A stretch of DNA of 64,000 nucleotides from Antedon mediterranea. Taxonomy: Eukaryota > Animalia > Echinodermata. The position numbers were made by a program, and so were the translations under genes. The notes below the pieces were generated by a model. It made no database searches and was not told where the DNA came from. It was given only the letters and a program-made list of their open reading frames with translations. The DNA is taken from NCBI RefSeq assembly GCF_964355755.1, contig NC_092677.1:2130101-2194100 (forward strand), given 5' to 3'. This document shows, one piece after another, positions 52,031 to 64,000 of the stretch. Numbering within the stretch: the stretch's first letter is position 1; every line of letters starts with the position of its first letter.

Positions 52031-55000
52031 CAATAAGTGAATCGAATCATCACTGCTGAATCTCCAACTCCAAACGAACTTCAGTTGATGCAACTAAGTT
52101 TTGAACTTTCATTTTTACATTACATAACCGGTTCCCTGCACCTTATGGCATGTTCATTGCCAAAAAAGAAATAAATGCTGCAAGTTTGCAAGCTTATAAT
52201 TAATTTTATGTCTAAAAAGGACTATTTTAAACCATTTCAATTCTTTTAGCATTATATTTGTTTTCTGGAACTCAGCTGAACTGAACGTAAGAATTGCTCA
52301 ATTGTGTATCTCATTACTATTATTTTAGGCCTACATTAAACGACCCCACAGACATTTTAAATAATTAAATGTCTTCTAGATTTTATAAGTATTCTGGATA
52401 CATTCTGTAGCCCTAGAAATGCACAGGCCTTCATGATCAGGTTTTATTTCCGCCTTATCAGTAACTCAGGCCTATTAAAAATCATACAATGTGCTATATC
52501 TTATTGATCCACAATGCCGATACTGGCTGAAATTACAGGAACAACGTTTTATGAGGCTATGACAGATACAGTATGATCACAATAGTAGAATCAAAGAACT
52601 AAATTGAACAATTTACTTCGTTAATGTCTGCAGATGACTAAAGCTTGTTTCCCACTAGGGACGCAAATTTGACCAACCACAAGCGATGGATTATGTGGTC
52701 TCTTGCCATTGGTCAACTCGCTTGATAAAGTGGTAACCACTATCTTGTCATATTCGAGTGGGACTTTTACCGTTGAGTACAGTTTTTTGTCGTTGAGTGC
52801 TTATTTAACAGAGTATTAATTGAGCGTTGAGATTGTTCTTAACGTTTTCTATTCGAATGACGTTCTGTTGGACACAAATTTACAATTCAAATACAAAAAA
52901 TACTCAACGAATCTTTACGTTGACAACGAAAGTTCCCGAATAAATAACAAATGACAAATAACATTATACATTTCTAAAAGGAAGTTTTTTTCACAACATT
53001 CTAATGATTTTGATAATGATTAAATACAAATTGAATTGATAAACTTAAGTATTATTTAATTGTCAAGTTCAATGATAATTTATATGTCATTTCAAAGGGC
53101 AGAGAAAGCCTTTCTGGTAATATTGGAACTTGTACTTCGGTTGTTTGCCCTCCTCGTAGTATTTATATTCCTTTATTTGTTTGTCATTGTGTGAATTTTT
53201 GAAAAAATAAATATATTATTATTATTAATTTATCATGTTTACTTAGTAACCAACATTGTAATAAATTTCAATCGTCTGCGTACGTTGCGTTATTAGGTAA
53301 TATATTTATTTTTTTTTGATCAAACTTTTTATAGCATAGGTCTATTGGGCAACAAACATTGTTTTTAAATCATTTTCAGGGTGAAAATATATCTTTAACA
53401 GCAAAAGTGGAAATATAAAATAAAAGTATCAATTATTGATTAACAAACTCTTGAACTGTAATATAAATTTTGGCTTATATAACTAAATTAATAAAAAATG
53501 CCTAAATGAACCTACTCTAGCTGTGCATTAAGCTGTTGGCCATGTGATCAAACAAGTTATAAAGTTGCTCCTCCCTGTCATCATGGACCATCTGCCTGCT
53601 AATAGTCATTACACAAACAAAGATAATCAATTGCTGATTTACCTTACGTATGAACTACAAAGATCACAATCGTCCTTTGCAAACATGTATTGATGATGAT
53701 GCAAATTGTATCCGGACAAGTACCCCCTCCAGAAACAAGACCACCCGGGACACCACCGGACGTACCAACCCCAAGACAATCATCCTTCTAGGACAACTAC
53801 CACTGGTAAATTTAAATACTGGTAGTACCGTACTGTTCTCCCAAAGGTTCAATTCACATTTTAAATTTTATCAATGATGTTTTAAAGTTTTTGTGGCGCT
53901 GAAAATGTGAATTATTTTATTGCAAGACACTTTGAATGACTAAAATTAAAAACATCTTAAAATTTGCCAGATGGAAATACTGATAAAGTGTTATTAAAAA
54001 AATGACCAACAGGCGCAAGAAGATCGTACATTATTCCAGTAAAAACATCCCATGAAAAGCCCCGTTTCTTCACCTTTATCATATTTAAATTTTTAGGATA
54101 ACCTGGACTGGACTTACATAATGGAACCACAAAAACAGATGGCATTATGAACTAAATTTTAAAAAACTTTCCCAGGAATTCTTCGTTCTTACATAATTCA
54201 TACAATTATGTAAGTTCTCGTAGATTATAAACTTATGTAGCGTTCTCACGAAAAACAATCCGTACTATTTTGGAGAGAGGGGTTTTGCAATTAATTGTAA
54301 ATAATATTACGTTACTACACAGACATATTAATTAATATCAATTATCAGTGTTCCCATCTAGTAAATGGAATCGTCACTTATGTAACTTTATTTACATACT
54401 TTCAACTTATAAATACAATACATAAAGACAGTTTAGTATTAGTCGTTGCTGAAATTCTCATCATCGAAGACTTCATCCAAATCTTCTTTCGGTAAGATTG
54501 TTGTTAATTTATTTTACATTTTGTTTTTTCTTATGTTATGATTGTTCCATTTGGTTTCATTTATTGTGGCCGGCGCTTAAAACCCGTTGCTATATTTCTT
54601 GTTTAGGCGTAGGCTATAGTAGATATCGGCTATTTTATAATTCATCTCTAAAACCCGTTGCTATACTTCTTGTTTAGGCGTAGGCCATAGTAGATATCGG
54701 CTATTTTATAATTCATCTCTAGAATAAAGTGTATTATTCTGTTGGTTGTAAAAACAAAAACGAGCTTTTATCAACTGTTGAGTAGCATTGACAACAAATA
54801 ATGCGTAAAAATGTGTAATTCGTTTTTGAACTAAATAACACTAAAGCTAGCTCTGTCTGTGGCAAAAAAAAATGTGATGTGCCATGATGATGTCATATCA
54901 CTGCCATATATGGGCACATCACTGCCATATTTGGGCACATCACTGCCATATTTGGGCACATCACACATTAGTTTAATAATAGACAGAGCTTTACGTAAAA

Positions 55001-55089
55001 GATAATACTATCTTGATGATGACGAGTACTAACCAATCGTTTGTTGATTCCTGTTTTTTTATTCAATTTTTGTATTCGTAGATTTAAAG

Positions 55090-56131
55090 ATGTACGCACA
55101 AATCCAGTTTGCATGCCTTCTGGTCGCTGTGTGCCTCGTTGGTTCTATCAGTGCCCAGGTATACTCTCGCGGTCCCTGCCCAGAGGTCACGGTACAAGAG
55201 AATTTTGACGTTAACAGATATTTAGGAATTTGGTACGAAGCGGCTCGTTTTTATACCACCTTTCAGAAGGATTCTCGATGCGTAGTCGCTAATTATACTT
55301 TAAAGGTAAGACTGCATAATAGGCTTATCATGTGGTACCATTGATACTCATGGGTACTCCGCTAACCCTGGTTTCTCATCTTATACAGAAACATGGCGCG
55401 TCGAAAAACGAAAATCATAGTGGCTGCTATTACTAAAATATAAATAGGCCTATAATTTTTATATATAAATATTGTATTTTCTAATGTAGGATAACGGTCA
55501 TATCAACGTATTGAACAGCGGTTACTTTCCAGGTGAAGGTTACGGTTCAGACGTTGGCGATGGAAAGCCCAATCCTGATAACCCCGCCAAAATTGGACTC
55601 AAATTCAATACGCGTAAGTAGCTACTTCGTTGGTTTGCCACTTGGCTTGCAAACGCGATTCGTTAAAGGTGCGCGACATTCTCTCCGCAACGCCAACGTA
55701 ACGCAACCTACGCAACGTAAGAAAATGCCCTTCCAATAATTGTGTTTGCCCTCGCCTACCTAGACTAGGTATAGCAATAGCAATCACGAATGTTGTAGCC
55801 TTTTTTCTATTCAAACATTGGATCGACGGCTGCCGTCGATATAACCACTTTGTACGATTTGTTCTTCCTACTTTCAGTGCAACCACGTGGTAAATACTGG
55901 GTGTTGGATACCGATTATGATACCTACACTCTGGTCCATTCTTGTTCGTCATTTTTTGACCTGTTCAACGTTCAACTGAACTGGATTCTAGTACGTGACT
56001 CCAGCTTGTCAACTGGTGATGCTAGCAAGATACAACCTCAGCTGACTAAATTCGAAAAGCAAGGAATTTATATCGACAGATTTCAGTTCTACGGTCACGT
56101 CAACTGCCCTCCTAAAGACACGGGTGTATAG
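55090..56131 (+). CDS. Apolipoprotein D-like lipocalin, copy 5, 197 aa
   Basis: Exons 55090..55305, 55490..55613, 55878..56131; TATA at 54408, exon 1 donor at 54491/54492. Confidence 0.92.
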
Positions 56132-58803
56132 ACAAAAGAATGACACTGAGTAGAGAGGGGGATTCTGGAAAAAAGTCAGTGAAAAGAGAAAAAGAAATCA
56201 TTGAGAATGTTTTTTGAGGAAACAATTTGGACATTCATTATGTTATCATACTTCATATTTCTAAATCGTTCTAGTTTTTGATTAAAATTGTAATTTTGTA
56301 ATTAAAATCAATTAATTATTAATATAAACATTAATTATATTGAAGTATAGTAGATTGTCATGTATTTATGCTATTGATATGTTTACACTGCGCATGTTTA
56401 GGCCCAATAAACCAGGATTTGCCTGTTAATAATTTACGATTTTAATGTGTTTTTTTTAATTTTCGTTTTTATGAGAAGTAGTTTGGTTGTGAATTGTCGA
56501 AACAAAGATATTTAATTTAGTTAATGCCTAAATGCAAATTGATTAAACGGTTATTTTTCACTTTATATCTTTAAGCCCTGTCTACACTATCAAACTTTGC
56601 GAAAAAAATGTGATTTGCTCATATATGGACATGATAATGGTATAGCACTACAATATTTGGGCATATTACTACCATATTTCTGGGCACATCACACTTTATT
56701 TGTCGAACTAGTTGTAGTGTAGACAGAGATTTAGCTCCTTGTATCGCGTCATATCCTGAGATCACCTCAGTCCTAGTACGCTTCCCACTTTCGAATAAAG
56801 ATAAACTACCACGCGGTCCACAATGACACCTTAAAGATCTTTGACCTAGACCTATCCTATCTAGGTTTCACTTTTTAAATTATCAGTATTATATCTATTT
56901 CAATATAATGTCTATTTTGATGTCACATGGTAAAATGAAGCCATCAAAGAATAAGTCAGATTTATTAACGTAGAATTGTAACTGAGCCTAGGCAACACAA
57001 TTGCTGTCTTTTTCCCACATCTTTTTTTTATGAAGCCCGGTCTATGGAAAGCAAACTCATGTCCAAAATCATAAAAAAATTCTCTAAATTTTTAATTTGT
57101 AAAAAAAATTGTGAAGATTATAGCCCGAGGCCTACTATAATTTGTAAAAAGTAAGTAGTGATAATAATGAAATATACAATTAACACTGATAATGACGTCA
57201 TAATCATCTGGTTATTTTCTTAATCTCAAGTTCAAAGGCGTCATTGGAACGTGACTATTGTCTAAAATAAAGGTTACCAAAGTTAAGAACTTTCACCTCC
57301 AACACTTAACTTTTTAACAACCTTTTCTTAAGTTTATTTACTCAGGTCAAAAACTTATGTAAGTCAACATCTTATGTAAGTTAATAAGTAAGACGTCCGG
57401 TCACGCAAAAGGCGAAACCATTACTGTGCGGGGGGGGGGGGGGGAGGTGAAAACAAATTAGGGGCCAAATCATTCCTATATAATTTTATTTACCATTATT
57501 GATATAATTATTGTTTTAATTTTATGATACGAAAGAAAAAAGAAACACAAATTTGAATTTGAATTAAAATGCAAACCAATCATACATAATGGGAACCATA
57601 AAGTTATACCCTATTTTGCAAATGGTATAGCCTATTACATAACCTCATTTAAATATCTTTACGCTTATATACACACTGCTGTTGAATAACGTGACACAGT
57701 CGCTGGTATTGCGGGTCCCATTGCAAAAAATCTAGGCTACTGCTGATCATTGGATAGATCTTGAAAATTTGCTGGTAAGATGTACCTTTGTTCACGTATT
57801 TTAAGAAAGAATATTTCTTTGTTGTGATACGTTTTATTTCATAAGCTTTGGCCTAGATTAGGTAATACGTTAACAAGAGATGACAATATTTATTATTTTG
57901 GTTCGGATTAATAATTAATTTGATAGTTAGTAGAATTGTATACCTCCAGGACCATGCTACAATGTTCTTGTAGTTTTCAGTATGCATACTATTATAGTTT
58001 TAAAGAATATTTTAGAATATCTCAGCACACTAACTATAGAGTATTTTTCTGAAAATTATTAACAATGTTCATGAAAAATGTAAATTTGTAGTGAAAGCTT
58101 GTGATGCGGATGATCGCTTCTTTTGTTGGTGTACTGTACTCGGAATAAGGAATTCGTGTTTAAACAATTTGTCCAATGGTAATCCGATATAGGCCTAACC
58201 TAAGTTTGTCAACACTTATTATTGCTTTTTTTCTATCATTTGGATGACGTTCACATGGGTTGTAATTTTGTAGTCGACTCGGGAGTCGACTGTCACTCGG
58301 GAGTCGACTGTCACTGTCGACAGGTACAGTACCACTGAACGTATGCACGGCCTATCCGTAGACTTTCTTTAGGTTTTAATTTAGGTTTTAATATTTCTTA
58401 TTTACATTGTTTTATGTTTTAATGTATGCTTTGAGTGCTGGTGTGGCACGCCTTTTTGCGACAGTGGCCCTTCGACCTCTTTTGCCACTCTTTGGCACAC
58501 TCAAAGTTTATGTATTGTTTTAATGTCCTTTCTTACAGCTTGGTTCCCACCTAGGACGGTTGACACAAGGTCGTTTTAAGCGTAACGCAAGCGACTACTA
58601 TTGACCAATGACAAGCGACAATTCGCGAATAATCCATCACTTGTGATTGGACTTGCATTGCGCTTACGTCCTTGTGCATTTCGTCTCAGTGGGAACCAAA
58701 ACGTTAAAACTATTTGCATCTGTTGAGTAACAAACATCAATAGATTATATACTACGTCAGTACCTCCCTATATTCATTATTACTGTTTCCCATTCAGGTA
58801 AAC

Positions 58804-60363
58804 ATGTGTTCACACGTACAGTTTGTATGTCTTCTTGTTGCTGGCCTTGTTGGCGCTATCAATGGCCAGGTTTTCGCCTGGGGCGGATGTCCAGATGTCA
58901 CAGTGGTGAAAGATTTTAATGTGATGCCATATTTGGGAACGTGGTACGAGGCTGCCCGTTTTCCTACCTCGTTCGAAAAAGATGCGAGATGTGTAACCGC
59001 CAATTATACATTAAAGGTGAATTGTATCACAAGTATTTAAAATTATGAAAAGGAAATCCGTAAAAGGAAACTTTGATAAAATATGAAATCTCTCTCAACT
59101 AGTTTAAACAAAGTTTTATCTTTTTGATCATGACGTGAAGACTAAATAAGTCACATTTTAATGTTCGTTTTCAGATATTAACCGATTACTATTAAATCTT
59201 GGTTTCCACTCACAGATGCAACAATACGAAGTGCAACGTATGTGATTTGACCAATCACAAGTGATGAATTATTCGAACTGTCACTTGTCATTGGTCAACT
59301 CGTTTGCGTTGCGTCTACGGCCTTGCGTCGTTGCGTCTACGGCCTTTTGCGTCTCTGGTCGGCGGAAACCACGCTTAACTGCGCGCACTCATTCACAATT
59401 CAGATGAGTTTCCACTAATCAAGGAGGCACTAATAATTGACAGTATGTTTTAATTAACAGGATAATGGACATATTGAAGTAGATAACAGTGGTTACTTTC
59501 CTGGTGAAGGTTACAACACGGACATCGGCGATGCTAAGCCAAATAAAGACCCCAGTTTGGCGAAACTTGGAGTCAAATTTAGCTGGTGTAAGTAGGCTAC
59601 TAACTTAAAATCGTATTATGACTTAGATAATCGTATCTAGCTTTGCTTTGTAATGCATTTTTCTTGTGCCATTTTACACGCTTTGTTGTAACGCTTTAAA
59701 CATTCTCGACTCCTTAACAAACACACCGTGTTTTTTTCATTTACATCATACTTCTTGTTAATCTAATATTTTGTAATGTAAATAACATTTAAACATTCAC
59801 AACTGATTAGTATTCACTTACGTTAAAATATAGCATGTAACAATGCTCTTTTTCTGATGTGTAGCATGACTAAAAACACTCCCGCTCGCAATTATTTTTT
59901 GTACATATTATCTAATCCATTCGACAGACGTTTCGACGAAAAGCGTTTAGGAGTTAGCTCATTTCTTACGTCACACCTTATGGATATGACTAATGAATAT
60001 TCATGTTTATTTTGTGACGTTTCATGAGGGGTATGTACTTATGTACGAAAAGAAATATCGCCTCCCGTACCGTATAACTAGTTATGCAATGTTTGAAATT
60101 GTATTTCAGGGCAGCCGAGAGGAGACTACTGGGTGTTGGCAACGGACTACGAACAGTACGCCCTCATCCATTCTTGCACTGGTTTCTTTAACTGGTTCAA
60201 TATTCAATTTAACTGGATTCTTGTACGTGACGTGACCAAGTCAGTTGGAGACATAAGTGTAATAGACAAGTGGGTGAACGAATTCGGCAAGCAGGGAATC
60301 GATACAGACAAATTCGATTATTACGGACACGTCAACTGTCCTCCTAGAGATACGACTGTGTAG
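58804..60363 (+). CDS. Apolipoprotein D-like lipocalin, copy 6, 197 aa
   Basis: Exons 58804..59016, 59461..59587, 60110..60363; exon 1 donor at 57774/57775. [42 protein letters not shown]. Confidence 0.93.
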
Positions 60364-60470
60364 ATATCCACCTCACTCGGGGTGACGTATCGTGAATATG
60401 ACCCCAGGGTTCGTGGACAAAAAACGACACTTTTAATCTTCTAGAATGCTGAGACCGCTTTTGAACGTTA

Positions 60471-60620
60471 AAGGGCAATTTACACACAGACGAGCGGTAA
60501 ACACAAAGCGCGGAGCGGACGAGCGCGGTTTCCGATGTGGATAGAGATACAGATTGTACGTGGGAGAAGCTATGCGGTTTTCCGCTTACCGTTACCGCTC
60601 ATCTGTATCAATTCGCCTTA
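60471..60620. mobile_element. ~150-bp MITE downstream of lipocalin copy 6
   Basis: Imperfect TIRs aagggcaatttacacacagacgagcggtaa / ttaccgctcatctgtatcaattcgcctt. Confidence 0.6.
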
Positions 60621-61898
60621 TCAGCGTCATGCCAATCAATACACTCCTATAGTGTACAATATATTAATAGTTTTCCAAAACTATTTTCACTTTCTCTTCT
60701 AATAAGTGATGTTATTAAACAAATATTATGCTTTAAAACCGAATGTGACCGGTCATACTATTTTTAAACTGTATATGAACAATACATACGTTTATCGAAA
60801 TATAATACCAAAGAATTTAAGCCAAAGCATCTTTTTAAAACGTCACTGGACTCTCATCATGACGCCATTTGTTACTGGACTATCAAGTCAAATCATGACG
60901 TCACTTAGATGCATATATTTTTCATAAAATGTTTTGCATGCTTAGTGGATATATAATTTCTATTTTTTAAAGAAACCCTTTTATACGTAATATAGTTAAT
61001 GCATTAAATTGATTAGTTTCATAAAATTAACAGTTTTTGAGTGTTTTATTTATATTTAACTGCTATTTATTATTATTACTGTATTTCTTTATACTGGTGG
61101 GTATGGTAGCCTCTTCAGTCAAAGACTATTCTTTCAGCATGCAGAGGACCAAGATATGATCAGTGGATGCGTGTACGTGTGTGATATTACGCGTGCGCGA
61201 TCAGAGGTCGCGCCCGTTAGTATGCAGTCAGGCGTAACAAAAACAGATTCGAAAAAATAATTTTGTTTTTCTGTATTTCACATTCAATAGTTAACTTTTC
61301 TGTTAAATATTTCTTCACTACATTATATGCTATGTTGTAAGTATTTCTCAAACAGCGGTTTTAAAATGGATTCAAATCAAATGTTTATGAAATTTAAAAC
61401 CAAAGCAAAGATGATGACGACATTGATGAAGGAAAAAACGAGTGATGTTATGAAATGAAGTTTCTTGAATCCGTACAGGTCCGCAAACATTGCCGATAAT
61501 GACAAAGTGATTGCAAAATAACTCAACACTGTCATGATGTCATTAACAAAAATCAGACGTTTTTCAACGGCAATCACTCAAAATCATTGATATAATTAAT
61601 TTAACTATCGTCAACTATCTGAAAGTTCCATATTGTGCTTTCTGGCTGAAATTCATCTTTTATGATTACATAAATTACGTTTTAACTTTTTTGCATCCTT
61701 TTTCAAAATGTGTGAAAATCACACTTTCCGAAAAACTCTGTTATGTCTGACCAATTGAGGTCTAGCTTTGAGAGAATCCATGTGCGATGTTTGTGTAAAT
61801 TGAAACAAAATTGTTCATGTTTTAAATCAACTCAATATGAATAGAGTCTCTATAATAAACAGTCCAAAATCAAACAGTTACCATGACGTTTGAGAGGT

Positions 61899-63919
61899 TT
61901 ATGGTTTCCATAAAAATAATGCAACAGCAGACACAGCTGAAAGACCTATCACTAGATATCCTGATCTGTAGAGCACATTCATGTTGAAGCCATACCCTCT
62001 ATCCCATATCTACACAGACACAATGTTAAACAGAGTTAGCAAAATATGTCTCTTATAAAGCTCTGGCTGCACTATCAAACTAGTTTGACAAAAGTGTGAT
62101 GTGCCCAAATATGGTAGTGATATGACATCATCACATCCATGTATGGCCACAACACATTTATTTGTCACATAAACTTTGATAGTGTAGACAGTAAAATAGA
62201 CAGAGCTTTATTCTAAATATGTGACTAATATCACATGTATCATTGATTAAATGTGCACTGAAATTAAATTTTGGACTATGTCACGATAATATTCTACTGC
62301 AGTTACTGCAGTAACAACATTTTAACCATTTTTTTCAATTATCAATTTTAATTAAATTATCAAGCAATTTTTTTTTTCTGGGTAATCATACACTGTATAT
62401 ATAGACTTCTACATTGAAACAAACTAAAATGATACGTTTACTGCAGTAAAAATTTAGTTACTGCAGTAAAAATTTAGTTACTGCAGTTACTTTCAATAGA
62501 ACAATGTTGACATAATCCTTTATATACCAACATTGATAGATGGAATGATAAGAAATAGTGTGACAGCCACTTACCAAATGCCTAACCTTTATATACCAAC
62601 ATTGATAGATGGAATGATATGAAATAGTGTGACAGCCACTTACCAAATGCCTAACCTTTATATACCAACATTGATAGATGGAATGATATGCAATATAGTC
62701 TGGGTTCCAGACGGAGTTTTGTCTTAATATTAGTTAAAAGATAAATATTTTGGCACAGATGGCGTTTCATACGTATACTACTTGATTTTGGATACTCCGT
62801 CTGGGGAAACACGCACAAGTCACGTGGTTTGACACCAAGAATTCTTGGTGCATACGATTATCCGGTTGACTAGTTTCAGCTGCATGCGATTGGCTACTCA
62901 CTCGTACACCGTGTAAATATTCATATTTCAGAATTTTAAAGACTCAACAACTAAGATGATGCGCATGCGCTATGTTACGTTTAGACAATGTGTACTTGGG
63001 TACATTTATGAAAGTTCTGAAGGCTAGAAATTATTTTATATGCCTAGTACTAGTAGTCTGGTAAACATTTGATGGGATCTTTGAAACATGAAAACTCGTC
63101 TTGATATATGATAGGCTAGCTTCTCCGCAAATCAAACATTGAATCAATCATTTATTACGCGGAGATAATTTTGATTTAATTCCCACCGAGACCCTGTCCT
63201 GTTCTGTGTGGTGGTGTAGCCCTGTTGTGTGCCGGTGGTATGTAATGTAGGCCTACTTCATTGGCGTTTTATTTGGCAGGTCATACACGCGAGTTGAGTA
63301 GGACCTACGAAAGAGGCCTAGGCCAAGGACTAAACAATTAATAAACAAAACAACTTGGCATTACTATTTTATATTTCAACAGTCTCGATCGTACATTAAG
63401 CACTGGTAGGCCTACGTACTCGATCTCTTTCATTTTGAAACAAAATGATCATTGGTTGATTCGAAATCCATATTTACATACCGCCCGCCCCATATAGCCA
63501 AATACGGTATGATAACCTACGTCATTCTTATCGTATGTTTGCGGTCTGCAAATCGATTTCTATACGTGTTTCACAAGTCTGTATTTTCAGACAAAAATCG
63601 CGGTCGAAATAAAAACAAATAAATAAAAAAAAAAGATAATACAGACTTCGGGCAAGTCTATATGCAATAGTGTGACAGCCACTTACCAAATGCCTAACCT
63701 TTATATACTAACATTGATAGATGGAATGATATGAAATAGTGTGACAGCCACTTACCAAATGTCTAACACCGTTGATTGAATGGTATAAAACACTGGCACT
63801 GAGTCCTGCTTTACAGGTCGTTATAAGAGCTGGACCTGCGGTCCACGACTTCACCTTTTCCAATGTGTCGGCAAAGTTTGTAGGTACCATCAGCATTGCA
63901 ATACCAAAGCCATAGATAC
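61899..63919 (-). CDS. SDHC: Succinate dehydrogenase cytochrome b560 subunit, last two exons; 5' part lies outside the window
   Basis: Exon 63919..63756 (GIYGFGIAMLMVP...GPALITTCKAGLSASVLYHSINGVRHL) splices to exon 62009..61899 (IWDRGYGFNMNVLYRSGYLVIGLSAVSAVALFLWKP*). This gives the hallmark YH..NG.RHL.WD.G.G heme-ligand motif. Confidence 0.93.
62517..63767. repeat. 69-bp tandem repeat spanning the SDHC exon/intron junction, split by an insertion
   Basis: Unit cctttatataccaacattgatagatggaatgatatgaaatagtgtgacagccacttaccaaatgcctaa at 62517..62695 and 63661..63767. Confidence 0.88.
62696..63660. mobile_element. 965-bp non-autonomous insertion with TAG...CTA termini and a 9-bp target site duplication
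   Basis: tatgcaata at 62687..62695 and 63661..63669; element starts tagtctgg and ends caagtcta. Confidence 0.85.
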
Positions 63920-64000
63920 CTTAGGTAAACAATATAAAGGTGAGTCCTGTATTCATTCTGAGTGTAACGTTATGAGCTGATATGAGCTCATTATACTTAA

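Noticed and set aside
61377-61577. Hydrophobic 66-aa ORF downstream of SDHC
   Set aside because: Not part of the SDHC frame, which ends at 61899; no recognisable homology, and AT-rich DNA readily yields hydrophobic ORFs.

Overview
AT-rich, intron-rich animal genomic DNA. The abundant TAGGCCTA octamer, the MITE content and the gene set suggest an invertebrate deuterostome such as an echinoderm; this is inference only. Genes were reconstructed by hand from GT-AG junctions. In order: the 3' end of a Kazal-domain gene (+); a 7-exon GPR156-like class C GPCR with no ectodomain (+); a complete HSPA13/STCH (+); a cluster of six apolipoprotein-D-like lipocalins (five +, one inverted, copy 2 frameshifted); and the last two exons of SDHC (-). 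Non-coding DNA is full of palindromic MITEs, minisatellites, LINE tails, tRNA-like units and Penelope-like fragments with hammerhead motifs. The most notable observations are: (1) the lipocalin cluster splits into a subclade with dense TTATGTAA (PAR-bZIP D-box) promoters and diversified calyx loops, and a subclade with an extra Cys and a basic/acidic tail; (2) an 800-bp Penelope palindrome in a lipocalin intron whose sense-strand hammerhead core is deleted; (3) an RFX X-box promoter and an overlapping uORF for GPR156; (4) tandem amplification of the SDHC 5' splice site, interrupted by an insertion with a 9-bp target duplication.
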